64,000 bases of DNA from Klebsormidium nitens (Eukaryota; Plantae; Klebsormidiophyceae), in NCBI GenBank assembly GCA_000708835.1, contig DF237333.1:1-64000 (forward strand), given 5' to 3'. Of the stretch, positions 23,001 to 36,400 are shown one piece after another. The translations under genes were made by a program, and so were the position numbers. The notes beneath the pieces are model-generated. The model was not told where the DNA came from. It did no database searches and was given only the letters and a program-made list of their open reading frames with translations. Numbering within the stretch: position 1 is the first letter of the stretch; every line of letters starts with the position of its first letter.

Positions 23001-26000
23001 ACTCGTGTTTGCGTCGGTTTTGTTTCCGGCTTCCGCTTTATTTCCGACTGCGGAAGCTTATTTATTGCTTCTTAAATGTAATTTTAGCGGAACGGTTAAA
23101 GTACCAATAGTGGGCCTTGATTCGGTTACCTGATTGACATCTGGCTGGCTTGACGATAGGTTTGATGAACTGTCGTCTCCATTCGCTTCGAAGCTTTTGC
23201 CGGTACTATGAGATTCCATCCCTGCCCTGGTCATACTCGCTAGATGCTCTTCTTGTTTCCGAGCGTCTTCAAAAACCATACGGGTTAAGAATTCCAGATA
23301 TAAGTGCTAAGGCGTTTGAGGATTTAACGATAGGTGACCAGATTCGTCTGAGAGCGCTGCTCTCTTCGAGCAGCCTTATGAATCTTCCCCCGTTCATATT
23401 CCTCTGCAGGTCGAGGTCGCCAAACATCCCAACCACGCCTTCCACCCCCTCAGTTTCCTCTTCGTGAACATCCCGGGCGTCTCCCGGTTTGAATGGCACC
23501 CCTTCAGCCTTATGACCGGCCCGAAAGATTCTGCGCGCTCTTTCGTCTTTCACGTGAAACCCCAAACCCTCGGTGGGACGCAATGGACCGACCGCGCGAC
23601 CGCGAAAGTCGGCCACGTGTCGCCCGATCCGGACGCCAAGGCCGTGTCCAAGTGTCCGCTCACAAGGATGCTGAAAGCGGACGGGTTCTACGGGAGCGAA
23701 AGTGACTCGTTCAAGAGGTGAGCTCGCTCTTACTGAAAGGCCTGATTTTCTATTTCTAAGTTGCGGATGCTTGGTTTTTCGAAGGTCTGATAGCTAAGCT
23801 GCGAAGGGTCAGCAAAAGCTTTCCGGCCTCCTGATACGTTTCCCTTCAAAGCGAAGTGGGCAGTGAAGCAGATCTCTTTGCAGCAATTCCCAAAGCTAGG
23901 AATTGACAATGCTGTTCTCTTGAGTATTTCTAAGACGGTTCGTGTTGGCTGGTCTGACTATACTTTCAGTGTTTTTTCATTGGCTTTCTCATGGCCGATA
24001 CTGACGCTCCCATCGTCTTCACAGGTACCCTGCCCTCGTCATGATTTCCGGCGGTTCCGGCATCGTTCCGCTCATCGCCGTCCTGCGCGACATCCTGCAC
24101 TCTCACCGGATCGGAGCGGACGTCGGACTTCCCTCCGTGGTAAGGAAGAGCACCGTCATCGACACTTTCTTTTCGTCGAGTGCAGTATGCATCACAGGAA
24201 TTATCTGATCTGTCTCTGACAGACGGTCGATATGCGCAGGAGATCCGGGGTTTGAGGCCCCCTGTCAAGAGATCGGAAATTGTGTACTGCACTTCGCGCC
24301 CAGCCCAGGACGCTAAATCCAAAAAGGCTTTGTCCGACAGTTTTGACCTCCGTCGAGGTTCAATGACGCAATGTTTGAGCTGGAAAAATCTTCTGCTTGC
24401 AATCCTCACCACGATTTCGGTTCAGAAACACGGCCTTTCGCCGTGCAAACCGTCAGGAAAAATGAGAAAGCTTTTGAAGCCGTGCCCGTTTTTGCAGGGT
24501 CAAGGATCTGTCAATCGATTCTGTCTTTGGCTACAGAAGCAAGAATGACTCAACCACAGAAGCAACAATTGCTCAACCAGTTCCCTCAATCCTCCTCGCA
24601 GATCTACCTCTACTGGGCTGTTCGCGACTACCGCCAACTCGCCCCGATCGCGGAGCTGTCCCCCGGTCAGTTGTGCCCCGGACACGGTTCCAAGGTCACC
24701 ATCCGCGTCCACGCTTACGTCACTCAGGGCACCAAGAGCGACGTCAGCACTCTGGACTACTCACGCGTCGACGTGGCGGAGCACAGCGCAGTCCAGCCCA
24801 TGCGAGCCCAGGTGGGGAATTTTGCTGGGTTCCTTTTCAATCATGTTCCGCCTTCAGAACGGAATAGACCCAGGCAAAGTAGAAGTCAGAGGAGAGCTTT
24901 TTAGGAGTCTGAAATGTTCTCAAAGTCTCCATTCTCGCAAATCCGGCACAGACGCCTTTATGATCAGTCGACTCAAAGAAGGCTTCCGTGCTTTCAAGCA
25001 TGGATTGTGTCTGATGTTCTCACTCGTGCCGTGTCAGTCGCTTCTGATCGAGACCGCTTATTTTTCCGGGCTGCGTTCCTTTCGCTGCAAACCGAGAATC
25101 CATGCCACTCTGAATGTCCTCAGTCGAGCCTCCATGACCGAATCTTTGACAGCCTATCATGGAATATTCTGCATTCAGATTAAACCCAAGACTTTCTGCC
25201 TGCAGATCAACGGCTGGCGGCTCTCGCTGGTCCTTCTGATCACGCTTGTGGGCACCACGATATTCATCGGCGCCGCGTTCAACCTGATCGTCTACTCGTA
25301 CGAGAAACACGGAGCCAAGACCGGCATGCGCTGGTGGCACCGCTCGAGCGTTCTCCTCTGCAGCATAGTTGCGGGGGTGATCGTCTTCGGGGGCCTGTCC
25401 ATGGCCGCCGTGTATTTGCTTGACAACATGCTCGGAAGAAAAGAAGCATCTGGTGAGCAATGCTGACAGTCCGTGTTAATACTGAGTACGAGGATAAGGA
25501 AGTGCTTGACCTTTGTTCGCGATCGAAGATGTTGCGAGCGTGCCACTTGATGGTAGTACGGTTTTGAATGGTTAATTGAAACGTCCACCTAGATTCCGTG
25601 CTGATTCGGCGTGTGGTTCGACTACGTTGCACGGAACTTTCTTCACAGCAGAACGAAGTCCGGCTTTAAGGGCTGTTTCCTCGCACATTTTTTAACACAT
25701 GCTCCGTTAGACGCCTCCTCCTTTCAGACCCCGTTTCTCGCACCCTTCGGTTTTTACCAAACGCAACCCTTTTAATTTCTCCTCTTTTGGTTTGCAGACG
25801 CAGTTGACGCCCCGGCAAAGGACGGCTACGAAAGCTCCCGCGCCAGCCGCTGCATTCTGGAGGAGACTGCGGACTCTGAGGACAACCTGCTGCAGGCTGC
25901 GGACGTCACCTTCGGACAGCGTCCGGTGCCGGCAGGTGAGCGGACGGAACCAAGCGCTGGCTTTGTGACACATATTCTGAGTAAGAGTTACAAAAGGAAA

Positions 26001-26495
26001 GATTTGCTTTGCTGCCTCGTTTCAGCACGCAAACCTGGGACGGTCACGTAAGCTCTGTAAAGATCTCGATCAAGTTGTCGAAAACTCTCAACAAGCGCCC
26101 GGACCCGAGACTGGACTCTCCAACGCCCTAAGCTAAACCCGAATTTGCATGTGAAGGGGACTTCCGTTTTTCTTCCATACGATGTCTGTTCTCGGCGCTC
26201 CTTTCGCGACTTTTAACTGGCTGGTCCACTTGAACATTGAAGTTTTCATTGTTTTCCATTTGGCTGAACAGTTGGCACCAAGATACAGATCGTTAACCAC
26301 TTTGTCCCGAATCCTGCAGATATTCTGACCGAGGTTGCCGAGCAACACGCCGGAATGAGAATCGGTGTCCTGGCCAGCGGACCGACAGAGCTTGTCCACA
26401 ACGTCGTCTCGCAGTGCCGCCGGAAGAACGGAATCTTTACCGGCGGACAGAACGGGGCGTTCTTCGATCTGCACACCATTAGCTACACTCTTTAG
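20038..26495 (+). CDS. FRO: Ferric reduction oxidase (ferric-chelate reductase, FRO/NOX family); about 751 aa
   Basis: Exons 20038-20251, 20768-20876, 21219-21410, 21890-22127, 22682-22990, 23410-23717, 24025-24139, 24602-24811, 25206-25452, 25798-25935, 26320-26495 (2256 nt). Motifs: FFPVARNSPLL..RYHRWL, RRRYFELFFSVHQLY, EWHPFS (FAD), ISGGSGIVP (NADPH), IGVLASGP. The start codon is tentative. Confidence 0.9.
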
Positions 26496-28482
26496 ATTAT
26501 TGTACTTTGGCCGTCTAAGCACGCGTGGATTGCACAGATTGTTAATCGATTGAATGTAGACGTTCTTAGATGGAACCAGTAACTTGAGAAGCGAGCTTGA
26601 CGAGCCGGAACAAGTCTGTATAAAGCTTCGAGGAAAGGGAGCTACTTTGCAAGGCTCTAGTCCAGTCAGTAGGGCTCATTTCAGGGAATGCAGGGCTAAA
26701 ATGAATAGCTAGGCGGGTTGAACAGAAAGGGGCAGGTGTCTCAATAAGGGTTCCACATTAACAGAACGTTGAGACCAACTTTGGTACGAACTGGCCGTAA
26801 AATGTTGCTCACTAGATTCTTGAGGATTTTACGGTCAATAAGAAGTCGAACACTCGAGGAGGTAGACGTGAATTGTTGCCCTTGAAGCTGTGGTAATCCG
26901 TCCATACCCGCTGGGTGCATATGTGCGTTGTTGAGTCGTCGGATATCGATACATACATCACATTATAAAGCCCGTACCGAGGCATGGGGCTTAATTGAGT
27001 ACATGGGTTCGGGGCCGAGTTCTACCTAACAAGCTAATTGATCTACATGATCTGATCTACCTGCAAGCAAGAGCTTACATGGCATGGTTCCTCCTTATGT
27101 AGGGTTCGTTAAGTATTTCCTTACTGCAGAGTTCTAACTGTGTCTCTCCTAAGCGGCTAGCGTCGTACAGCTAATTTGTTTGACCTATCATGCCTACACT
27201 GCCCATTCTTCCAGGTCCTCCATAATAGTGCTCGTTGAAACTGTAGAATTTGGTGGGGCACTGTGTCGGTGCTTCGGAGGTGTGCTTGCGAGCAGGCGTC
27301 CAACTTGTCGGTTCGGAGCCAATATCCCATTACTCAATTCCTCCGAGGGCATCCCTTAGCACAAGCCGCATGCGGTTTTACCACAGTTGATCGCTGCCAG
27401 GATTTGCAAGCCGCATAGTTCCGTATTCGGAGGGAATTTTCCTTCTTGTTCGATTCATACCCACGTCCATTGCAGCATCAAATCAAATTCGGAGGTTAAA
27501 TTGGTCTACCCGGTTTCTATTGAACCTTTGCAGTTCTTAAAGAGTAATTATTATATAAAGCATGTTTAATTATGCATTGGTATCTGCGTTGATATGTAAC
27601 CCCTTCCGATTTGGAATATGAAGTGGTATCGACATTGATCTTTACAACTCGATGGGTTGGATAAACAGGAATCGAAGGATGGTATAGCGACAGAATATGA
27701 TGAAATTACCCAACTTACCATCCAGATATAGTAAAATTTGTCAATCATGCCCCGACGAGAAATTATGCCTAAGGTTAGCCTGCAGATGTTTCACAAGTAG
27801 TTCTATGGTATCAGGAAATAACTCGCATGTACAGCGATATAAGCAAATAAAGATGTATACATGTGCAGATCAACAATGTTATTGCATATTGACGTGTGAG
27901 GTTAGATTGGCAAATAATAGAAAGTAGCTAATGATGATGGGGGAAAAGACTATGACCAGGTGGATTTGTAAGGTTTTGAATTACTGAGTGAATCAATTCA
28001 AAAATATGGGTGGCAGTAAATGTACAAAGGTATCGTCCAGAATTTACCAACAAATATATCATCCGACCCCGTCGCGGCTTGAACATATCTATCATTCAGT
28101 TTGTATACGAAGATAAGTACAAAACTCGATTTGCTTATGAATGTGCGCGCAAATGATTGATCTCGTCCTTACAGATCTTTCATTATGGTACAAGCCGTAA
28201 GAAAAACCCCGCCTTGCTCTTGTATTCCTCCGTTTGACCCATTCCGCTTGACCAACTTTCGCCTCGTAGAAAACTAGCAACCTAACTGCTCACCTCCTCG
28301 TGCAAATAAGCTCCAACCACCCCACTACTCCTCAACAACCCACCGCCCGTCACACATATCGATTCGACCCTTACCATCCCTCTCGCGCTGTATACCGCCC
28401 CCATACCGCCTTGTACCAATCGATTCTAAAATTCTCCCTTCACCCTTCATTCTAGAGAGCAAAGGCTTAACCCTGGAAATCC

Positions 28483-31400
28483 TTAACCCTCATCCTCTGC
28501 GTCGTAAGAGGGATCCACCGCCCCGACCATGAGCTTCACCAGCCAAATCTCAACCGTCATGTCAATTCCCTTCCGCTTGAACTCCTCAGCCTCCAGCTCG
28601 TAGTATGACGTGCAATCGATCACATCGCCAACCTCCGGACTCTTGTCCAACTTCTCCAAAAAGTGCTGCGCGCGCTGGTCACGTCCGACCTGCAGAGACA
28701 GCGGGGCGCACTTTTCAGTGAATATGTGAACGAAAACTTCTCAAAAAGTGGCTGCTTTAGCGTCTTTTTAGTCAGCGTGACATTGAAGATCATTCCCGGT
28801 TACTCACCACCACCTCGGGGGCTTTATCGAGTCAAATTCAAACAGCGAAGCATCAAAATATATCCCGTCTTGCAGGAACGGTTGGCGAAGAAAGATGTGA
28901 ACCACTTTTTGACTTTTTGAAACCAAGCAAACCAAACAGTGGTTCTCGCAGATTCAGTTCATCCACCAGTGATAGGAAGCTTAAACATTATGTCAAAATG
29001 AAAGCAGAAACAACTTTTCTGCGAATGCAATCAGTGTCTTTGCCCAAAAGGTCACCAACAATCCGCTCCACACACAGTCGCACCTCGCAAAGCTCTTTGA
29101 CAGCACAATTTGCGGGAAGCAACCTCACCTGCGCAAACTGGAAGGCAACTGCCTTAGGTCCATACTGCGGCGCAAGCTGCCTCCTCGCGTTTGCAATGAC
29201 CTGCAAGATCGCATCGCGCGGGCTATCTGACGGCTCCCCGTCTGTGATGGTGATAACTAGAACGGGCTTCGCCAGCTGACCGGACCGCGCCAGATTGAAA
29301 ACCACGGGCTCCAGCACGTGGCTCTGCATGCTGCCGGCGAGAGGAGTCAGGCCCTGGAAGCGGACTTGCTTCACGATGCCCTCAGCTTCCTGGGCATTCC
29401 TGCAAGCAAAAAGAAAGCAGCGGTTGAGGAGTTTGCATATGGAAGGATTGCAGATTTTGTACACAGATGCGCAGTAAGTAGTGCACAGGAATCGTATGCA
29501 AGTACTAAAGGGGCGCTCTGTAGACGAGTCTCACTGCGCTGATCAACATGATTCAGATTGAATGTGTATGCAAACAAGGCAGCAGTACACATAGAGCTGC
29601 AGAAGGGATCTTCGTCGCTCCAGCTTTGTGAATGCATTCCCAAAAGAGAGTCTCGAAAGTTATTTTACATAGACGTTGGGAGGGAAACAGACAAAGACCA
29701 AAGAGGCTCTGGAGCCAGGGAATCAGTTGCATTGTGAATTATTTGTAGAACCAAGACTGCTCGCTTCACCTGATGCCATTACCCTGGACGTTGGAGTTGA
29801 GGAAACGAATCAGGATGCCGTCTTGGTCGAACATGGTGGCCACTTCGGCAACTTTGCTGAGTACCAGCTTCAAGTCCTCAATGCGCTCGCCCTGCTCCTC
29901 AAAGGACATCGAAGAAGAGTCGTCTGCCAGGATGACGATATCGTAGAGCCCAAGGCAGGCCAGGTCGATGGCCAGCTCCTTAGGCATGCCCCACCTGCAG
30001 ATCAAAAAGAATATATGTTAAGAGTCTTGGTTAATATCAACCTTGGCAAACAGTAGAACATTCTGATCTGAAGAAACACTTGTGACAAAGCATGATGACT
30101 CCCAAAATCGACCTGAGATCAAGAGGTAACAAGTCGAAAGACACAAAGATGGAATATAAAGAGTAATAACAGAAAGCTGCCATATCGTGGTACAATGTTG
30201 AATCAAGTCGTTCAGATCCTCCAGTTGAACAAGCTCATGATCAGAAAACATATGGAACTTCGTTACTGCATGCAAACCAACTTTAGCATTCTGAACGCCT
30301 TGTTTGATAAGTTCGATTGGCAAGTTAAATCACTGAACAAACAACCATACAATGCAGACACCCCTCCATTTCCACTCTACCTGCAACCAACTTGCAAAAT
30401 GGTATATACATCAAAAGATGATACATGTATTACAACATGGACAAAAGACATGTAACTTTACCTAGCAGCCAGCGCATTGAAGTCCACCGTCTGCTCAATC
30501 CTTTGGGCAAGTGTTTGCAGCTGCTGAGGCTGGTAGAAGCGATGAAGCTGGTTGACCTGAACTATGCTCTGCAACTTGGCCAGAATGCCCTGGTTTTGGC
30601 CCTGGTTTTGGCCCTGAGCTTGGCCTGCATGCAAACGACAGAGCTTTAGGTTTATAAGGCGCGCTCAACTCTGGTAAAGAGCAATTGGTAAACAAAACGT
30701 AACACTCATGTTTCCTCCGGATCTCATCAAATTGCCTGCTCTTTATGCTTGTTACACCACTTCACACACGAGCAAGATCATCTGCCAAACATAAAGATGA
30801 TCAAGGGTGGTGGCTTTTTGACGACGCGAGCCAATGTGAAATGGTGGGAGAAGAACTGCATGCAGCGGAAAATGCAAACTGAATGCTTATTTCGAGGGGT
30901 AAACCGTTACAGGCAGGTAAGCTGACTACATTTAGACATCCATCAGAAAAAGATCAATTCGTAAAATATAGCCTTCAGTAGCAAACTTTTGAACAAAACC
31001 ACAATCAAGACCCGGTTTTAATGCAGCAAGTAAGAAGATTGCTGAGAACTCGTTTCAGAATCTTCTTGGATGACTCGAAATGGAACACTCGCAAATTCGA
31101 GCTCGATCGTGGAAGAGCTAGGCCAGAACCAATGTAGCTAACCTTGCAACTGAGGTACACCCATCTGGTTCTGGCCTTGACCTTGATTGTAAGCATGAGA
31201 GTACTGCTGCGGCTGACCGAACTGATTGTAACCCTGGGAGCCGTACTGTGGCGGCTGACCGTACTGCTGCAGGAACTGGCCTTGAGTCTGGTTATAGCCT
31301 TGAAAGTACGGTGGCGGCTGGCCATGCTGCTGCAAGAATTGAGCAGCCTGAGAGCCTCCATAACCCCCATACTTACCCTGCTGCCCATACTGGCCACCCT

Positions 31401-31860
31401 GTTGGCCGAACTGGCCCCCCTGCTGTCCCCCCTGCTGACCAAACTGGCCGCCCTGCTGGTTCCCCTGCTGTCCAAACTGACCATTCTGCTGTCCAAACTG
31501 GTTTCCCTGCTGACCGAACTGGCCGCCTTGCTGACCGAATTGGCCGCCTTGCTGACCAGACTGGCCGCCTTGCTGTCCAAACTGGCTACCCTGTTGTCCA
31601 AACTGGCCTCCTGGCTGTCCGTAACCACTCTGGTTTCCTTGCATGTTGGCACCCTGCATGCCTCCATGCTGCCCGGGCTGAGCACCATAGCCGGGAGCAG
31701 GATACGCTTGGGTCGGCCCCCCCGAGCTGGGTGGAGCACCGTATTGCTGCTGCTGCTGAGGGGCGGCCGGAGGCGCAGATGGAGTGAAGCCCCCCGGAGC
31801 GCCAGGTGGCGCCCCGGCAGGCCCCCCAGCAGGCTTCTGCAATTTGCTGGCAAGTCCCAT
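28483..31860 (-). CDS. von Willebrand factor A domain protein with Gly/Gln/Pro-rich N-terminus; 527 aa
   Basis: Exons 31860-31143, 30624-30462, 29994-29770, 29399-29129, 28689-28483 (1584 nt). MIDAS-type motifs DIVILADDSSSM, GLTPLAG and VITITDGEP. C-terminus TSYYELE..WLVKLMVGAVDPSYDAEDEG. Confidence 0.88.
31380..31620 (-). repeat. Coding tandem repeat, about 21 bp, encoding (GGQFGQQ)n
   Basis: Repeated GGQFGQQ/GNQFGQQ units in exon 1 of the vWA gene. Confidence 0.85.
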
Positions 31861-33481
31861 CGGAGAAGTCTGAAGCTGGTCTGAAATGCAAAGCCTCTCT
31901 CTTTAGTGGTGCACGCGACAATCGCTTGTGATGAACGGTTGGTTGGTAGTAGAAAATCAAGGACAGTTGCTGGCGCAACAACTTAGTTGTAAGCTCCTTG
32001 TTTGCTGAAGCAAGAAACTTTGAAAGCTGGAATTTTGGTTTACGAAATGGTCTCGAAGATGGAGGACCTTCCTACTTTATGGCCAACGAATTTTGTTCAA
32101 TGCATTGTGATCGAGACTCAAGAGTCGATATCTTCCTGCCCAGTGCCCCAGAGCTACCCAATTTAGGCTCTTCAGAGACTGAAATCAGTTGTAGAGCATT
32201 CACGAGTCTAAGGCAGTATCTACTGGGCTTCTTGGAAGGCGCCCTTAGAGGTGTGACCTAAGGCTTCGCCCCGTCGGAAAGCGGCGAATCCCAGCTCGCC
32301 CAATCACCGGCTTCCAGACGCCTACGTGGAAGCTTCTCGGGCCTTCGCAGTGCGAACGAGATTCACGCCAGCTGGGGGACAGCACCCGCCACGTGTCTGA
32401 GTTTCACGCTGTTTCGACTTCGAAGTGGCAGATGTTCACAGACCGAATCTTTGAATCTTGCATGGTGGCACACACCGAATCGTAGTCTACCAATAGCGTG
32501 CGACATGCAAGGGATTAAAGCGTCAGACTCGTGCAAAGATCTGAACCTACCGGGGCCGCGGCCCGGGCGGCGCCGGGCCTGGGGTATCCCGATACGCTAT
32601 GATCCTAGTCGTTCTAACGTACCGGTACGGTTCCTGTCGATCGACACTACCGGTCACGCATGAGTTAAATACGATCTGTACATCCGCTTGTTCGGAAATT
32701 GTCATTTCAATACAACGGATGTAGCAAGTTCGCGAAGTGCAAAATGCAGGCTGATTAAAAGATACCTACGTTTGCGGCAACTGACACTTCGTGTCAATAG
32801 AAACACGTCATTTCACAAATGAAGAATCGAGATGGCCCAACAATATAGCCCAAACTTACGCGCGGCGGCATGAATCACAACCTCGATGGCCAAGCTGACT
32901 GAAAAGTACCAGTATCATGGCTGGTGCGCCAATATGCAGATGCGGAGGAGGATTCTTTCTCTTTCGCCGCCGACCTTAAAAGACTTTCCTTATATGTACA
33001 AGAGCATGTTTGTCTTGGCTCGCATTTCCAAATCTCATCATGTCGGTAAGCTGTTGATATCTATCCAGCAACCGAACTCGATGTCTATCTTGGAAGTGAG
33101 AAAGTCCCTAGCTTGACTCGACTTCCACAATTCGCACGCCTGAACTCCTTATGCTACTTGCGTTTTATGCAAGCGTTTGTACCCGATCAACCTTCCCTAC
33201 GATACACATCTCCTTCAACGTATTCCTCCATCCAATCAAGGGTTTGAACGTCGAACGCACCATTCTATTCACATCCATAGCCGTCCTTCACATACTGGAT
33301 AGCGCAGCCACTTCGAAATTGCAGGTTACAGGCCTACACATAGGCTAGGAGATTCTTTTCCTTGACCACACTGATCAGTGCAACCAGCCAAACCTTAACC
33401 TACTTTTGACCATCCTCCAATCAAGGCTTAAGCCAGGAAACATATCTACATACAGAGTGGCTTCTATGAGCCGACTTCTTA

Positions 33482-36400
33482 TTACACATTCTGCACGGCG
33501 ACGCTCTCCTCGCGGAGCTTTTGCAGTAACAGCAGTGCGGCACTCTGCTTGGCGCGCTTCAGCGATGGCAGCACTTCCCCAGCGGCACATGCCACGGTCT
33601 GCTCCTCGAAGATGACACGCGCCTCGTAGCCGTACCTGGCAGAGAGTGACGTAAGCGGTGCGTCAGCCAAAACATCCTTGAGAGGCCATGTGCTTGGCCG
33701 CAAAGACTGGAGCGGTTCGAAAGTCAAATGCATCTATACTAAGATACGGACCTCGCATGTGAAGAAGACAATTTCCAGCATCAAACTAGCTTATGGTACC
33801 AATTCGCCGACAAGTGCGGTTCAGCAAAAGATTTATTCATCGAAAAGGTCAACATCAGAAAGGTTAGGAGACTTCGGACAACTTGCTCAGGGTTTCGAAG
33901 CTGAAAGAGTAAGCCGTATCATCAGCTATGAGGCCCATCCGGGGGTTCGCAATCTCCTTCACATAAGCTTTACAAAGGGCGGGCAAGTGGATATTGCTCG
34001 ACTTACCTGAACGACGGCGCGGCCCCCTCCTTGACGACCTCGAAGTAGCGCGGCCGCGGCCAGCCGCGCTTGATGCACTCCTCGCGCAGCTTGAGCCGGA
34101 TCGCGCCGCGCCGCCGCTTGCGCTCCTCGGGGCTCAGGTCCGGGAGCGCGCGGCCCTCGCGCACTTCGGCTTCCTCCACCGATTGCAAATAGTCCAGGGC
34201 CTGCGGAACAGACGGAGACATACTTTCAGAAAGTGACGGTTGTTGGACGTATGATGGACGAAGGACTTGTCAACTTCGTCCTTCGTGTTGTCTGACGTCC
34301 TGTGAGCGACTTATGAGTGGACGAAGAGTCCACTCCGTTGGCTTCTTTTGAGTTGAAGTGAGAAGAACGTTATCCGGCATTTCGATCAGGAACGTCACGC
34401 TGTTCCGTCTCCCAAAAGCCCGCGGTATCCCTTACGTCTGAGACCAATGTCGCTGTTGTTGCCGGATGCACTGATCAACGGTGTGGCACTAATCAGAAAC
34501 TGAGAAATTGTAAGTGTCTGTTTGCCACCGCATCTCTCTTTTTGTTGACGTCCTCATGAAAAAGGCTTCCCTTTTCAGCGTCCAACAAACTGACCTCTTT
34601 GCAACCAATCGAACAAGTCAAAGCAGAGTACATCTTTACCGGCAAGACAGTTCTCGGTGTCGGTTTTTTCCTCTTCTCAGCCTCGCCTCAACCCCCCAAA
34701 AGAATCAGACCCCACCTACCTCTTTGGCGGCGACCTTGCGCGCGGCGTCGACGCGCATTCCGGTTCCGCTGGCGACCCGCTCTCCGTCCAGCGAGATGTC
34801 CACCCGGAACATGGTGCCCACTTTGGCGCTCGCGTAATCGATGTCCAGGCTGCGCCGCTGCGCGCGCTCCTGGAGCTCGCGCACAGGGTGCACGCGCAGC
34901 GTCTCCGGGGTCACGATCGGCTGCATCAGCCGGCGGAAGACCTGCCGGGGACGAGGAGGTGACGTCAGGAGCGGGGAAGAGTGACGTCAAAAGAGACGTG
35001 CTGATCAATAGCATCCGAATTTTGCATGTTCACTTGGATAGAGTTCGTAAGCTTCGCGCGAGGCGGCTCCTGCGCTGTGCGGGAATGACTTTGAGCCGAA
35101 AGGCTTCCAAAATTTGAGTAGACGCGAAAGGTTCGTGCTCATCCCATCAGAAAACGTTTGGTGGCTCCGCAAACTCTTTGCGGCAGAGGACGCCACTGAG
35201 AACTGCGGCGGCCGCTGTACAAACGCTCTATCTATTGGTGCTCAAAACTGGTTATAATTCAGTTGGTGTCAACCTCTTGAAGCACAGAACCAAAGCGTCA
35301 GCAGACCAGGCTGGTGGGCACTATCAAAAGCTCCGTGGAAGCAGCCTCACCTTCCAGACTTGGTCATGGTCGAGCTCCGAATCGAGGAGAACGGCGGCAG
35401 CCACGGACTCGACAAGGTCACCCAAAACCTGCAAGAATGGGCAGATCGTTCAGCTTTGATGCAGACGCGGTTGACGGGATCTTTACGGGAAAAGAGGACC
35501 TTGCTGAAGGATGGCCAGTCACCAAGCAATTGACGAGAACCGTGTGCCCTTTGAAGTCCACACAATCGGAGTGAGCCACGCTCAATTGAAGCGTTTCGGC
35601 TGTCATCTGCGCCGTCAATTATCCGGAATCTCACGAGCCAAGTGCCCCGAACTTTCTCACGATCGTTGGGTTTTCTTAGCTACATCCTTTCCAAGGCTGC
35701 GGCCAACAAAGTAAGGATTGGATCAACAAGGGACTAGGGAATCTTGTGTTTCGCAACAAAACAAAAGATTCAATCTGGAAGCACATCAGCTCCCGGCGAA
35801 CCTTTAGTATCACAATCTATCAACGCGGCCCCCAACAACTAGCAACGCGCGCGGCGCGCCCGCGCGCCCACCTTGGGCGCGTGCACGATGGCGATGCCGA
35901 AGGCGGCGCTGCCGAGGTCGGGGTCGCGCTCCGCGGCCGCGACACGCGCGAACTCGGTGACGTGGCGCAGCAGGTCGGAGGAGCCGTGACGTAAGTGGTG
36001 CTGGAAGCCGAAGCGCAGGCACAGCCGTGCAAAGCGCTCGTTGTTCACGGCCGCCTGCCGCAGGTACGTCAGCACGCCGGGGCTGATGTCTGCGGGTGAC
36101 GTCAGGCAAGAGGTTTCTTTCTGCGGCAAGACTTTTCGCGAAAAGACTTTGACTGACGGGCCGGGGTAAGTATGTTTCATTGCGCGCAGGGAAACTTGGT
36201 CTCCAGTAGCCGGAAGTGGCGTGGAGCCAGAGCCGTCATCAAACGACGGAAAGGTTATCCAGCTAACAACCGGCAAACATGTTTATTCTGGACGCATTGT
36301 GGGAGTCATTGTCAAGTTTCATGGAGGCAGATTGCACGTCGGTAGGAAGAAGAGACTGAATACAGTCACGTTGCAGGGCGCAATCGGCCTTCCAAAAGAT

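Noticed and set aside
27540-28050. AT-rich island between the convergent FRO and vWA genes
   Set aside because: No TIR, TSD, LTR or coding remnant could be identified, and it is compatible with terminator or intergenic DNA.
31144-31884. 246-aa Leu-rich plus-strand ORF resembling a membrane or leucine-repeat protein
   Set aside because: It is the antisense reading of the (GGQFGQQ)n repeat; the Leu periodicity follows from CAG/CAA codons on the opposite strand.
34955-36110. Repeated TGACGTCA motifs in Dicer introns as bZIP sites
   Set aside because: They sit just upstream of acceptors on the transcript strand and are better explained as CTGAC-type branch points.
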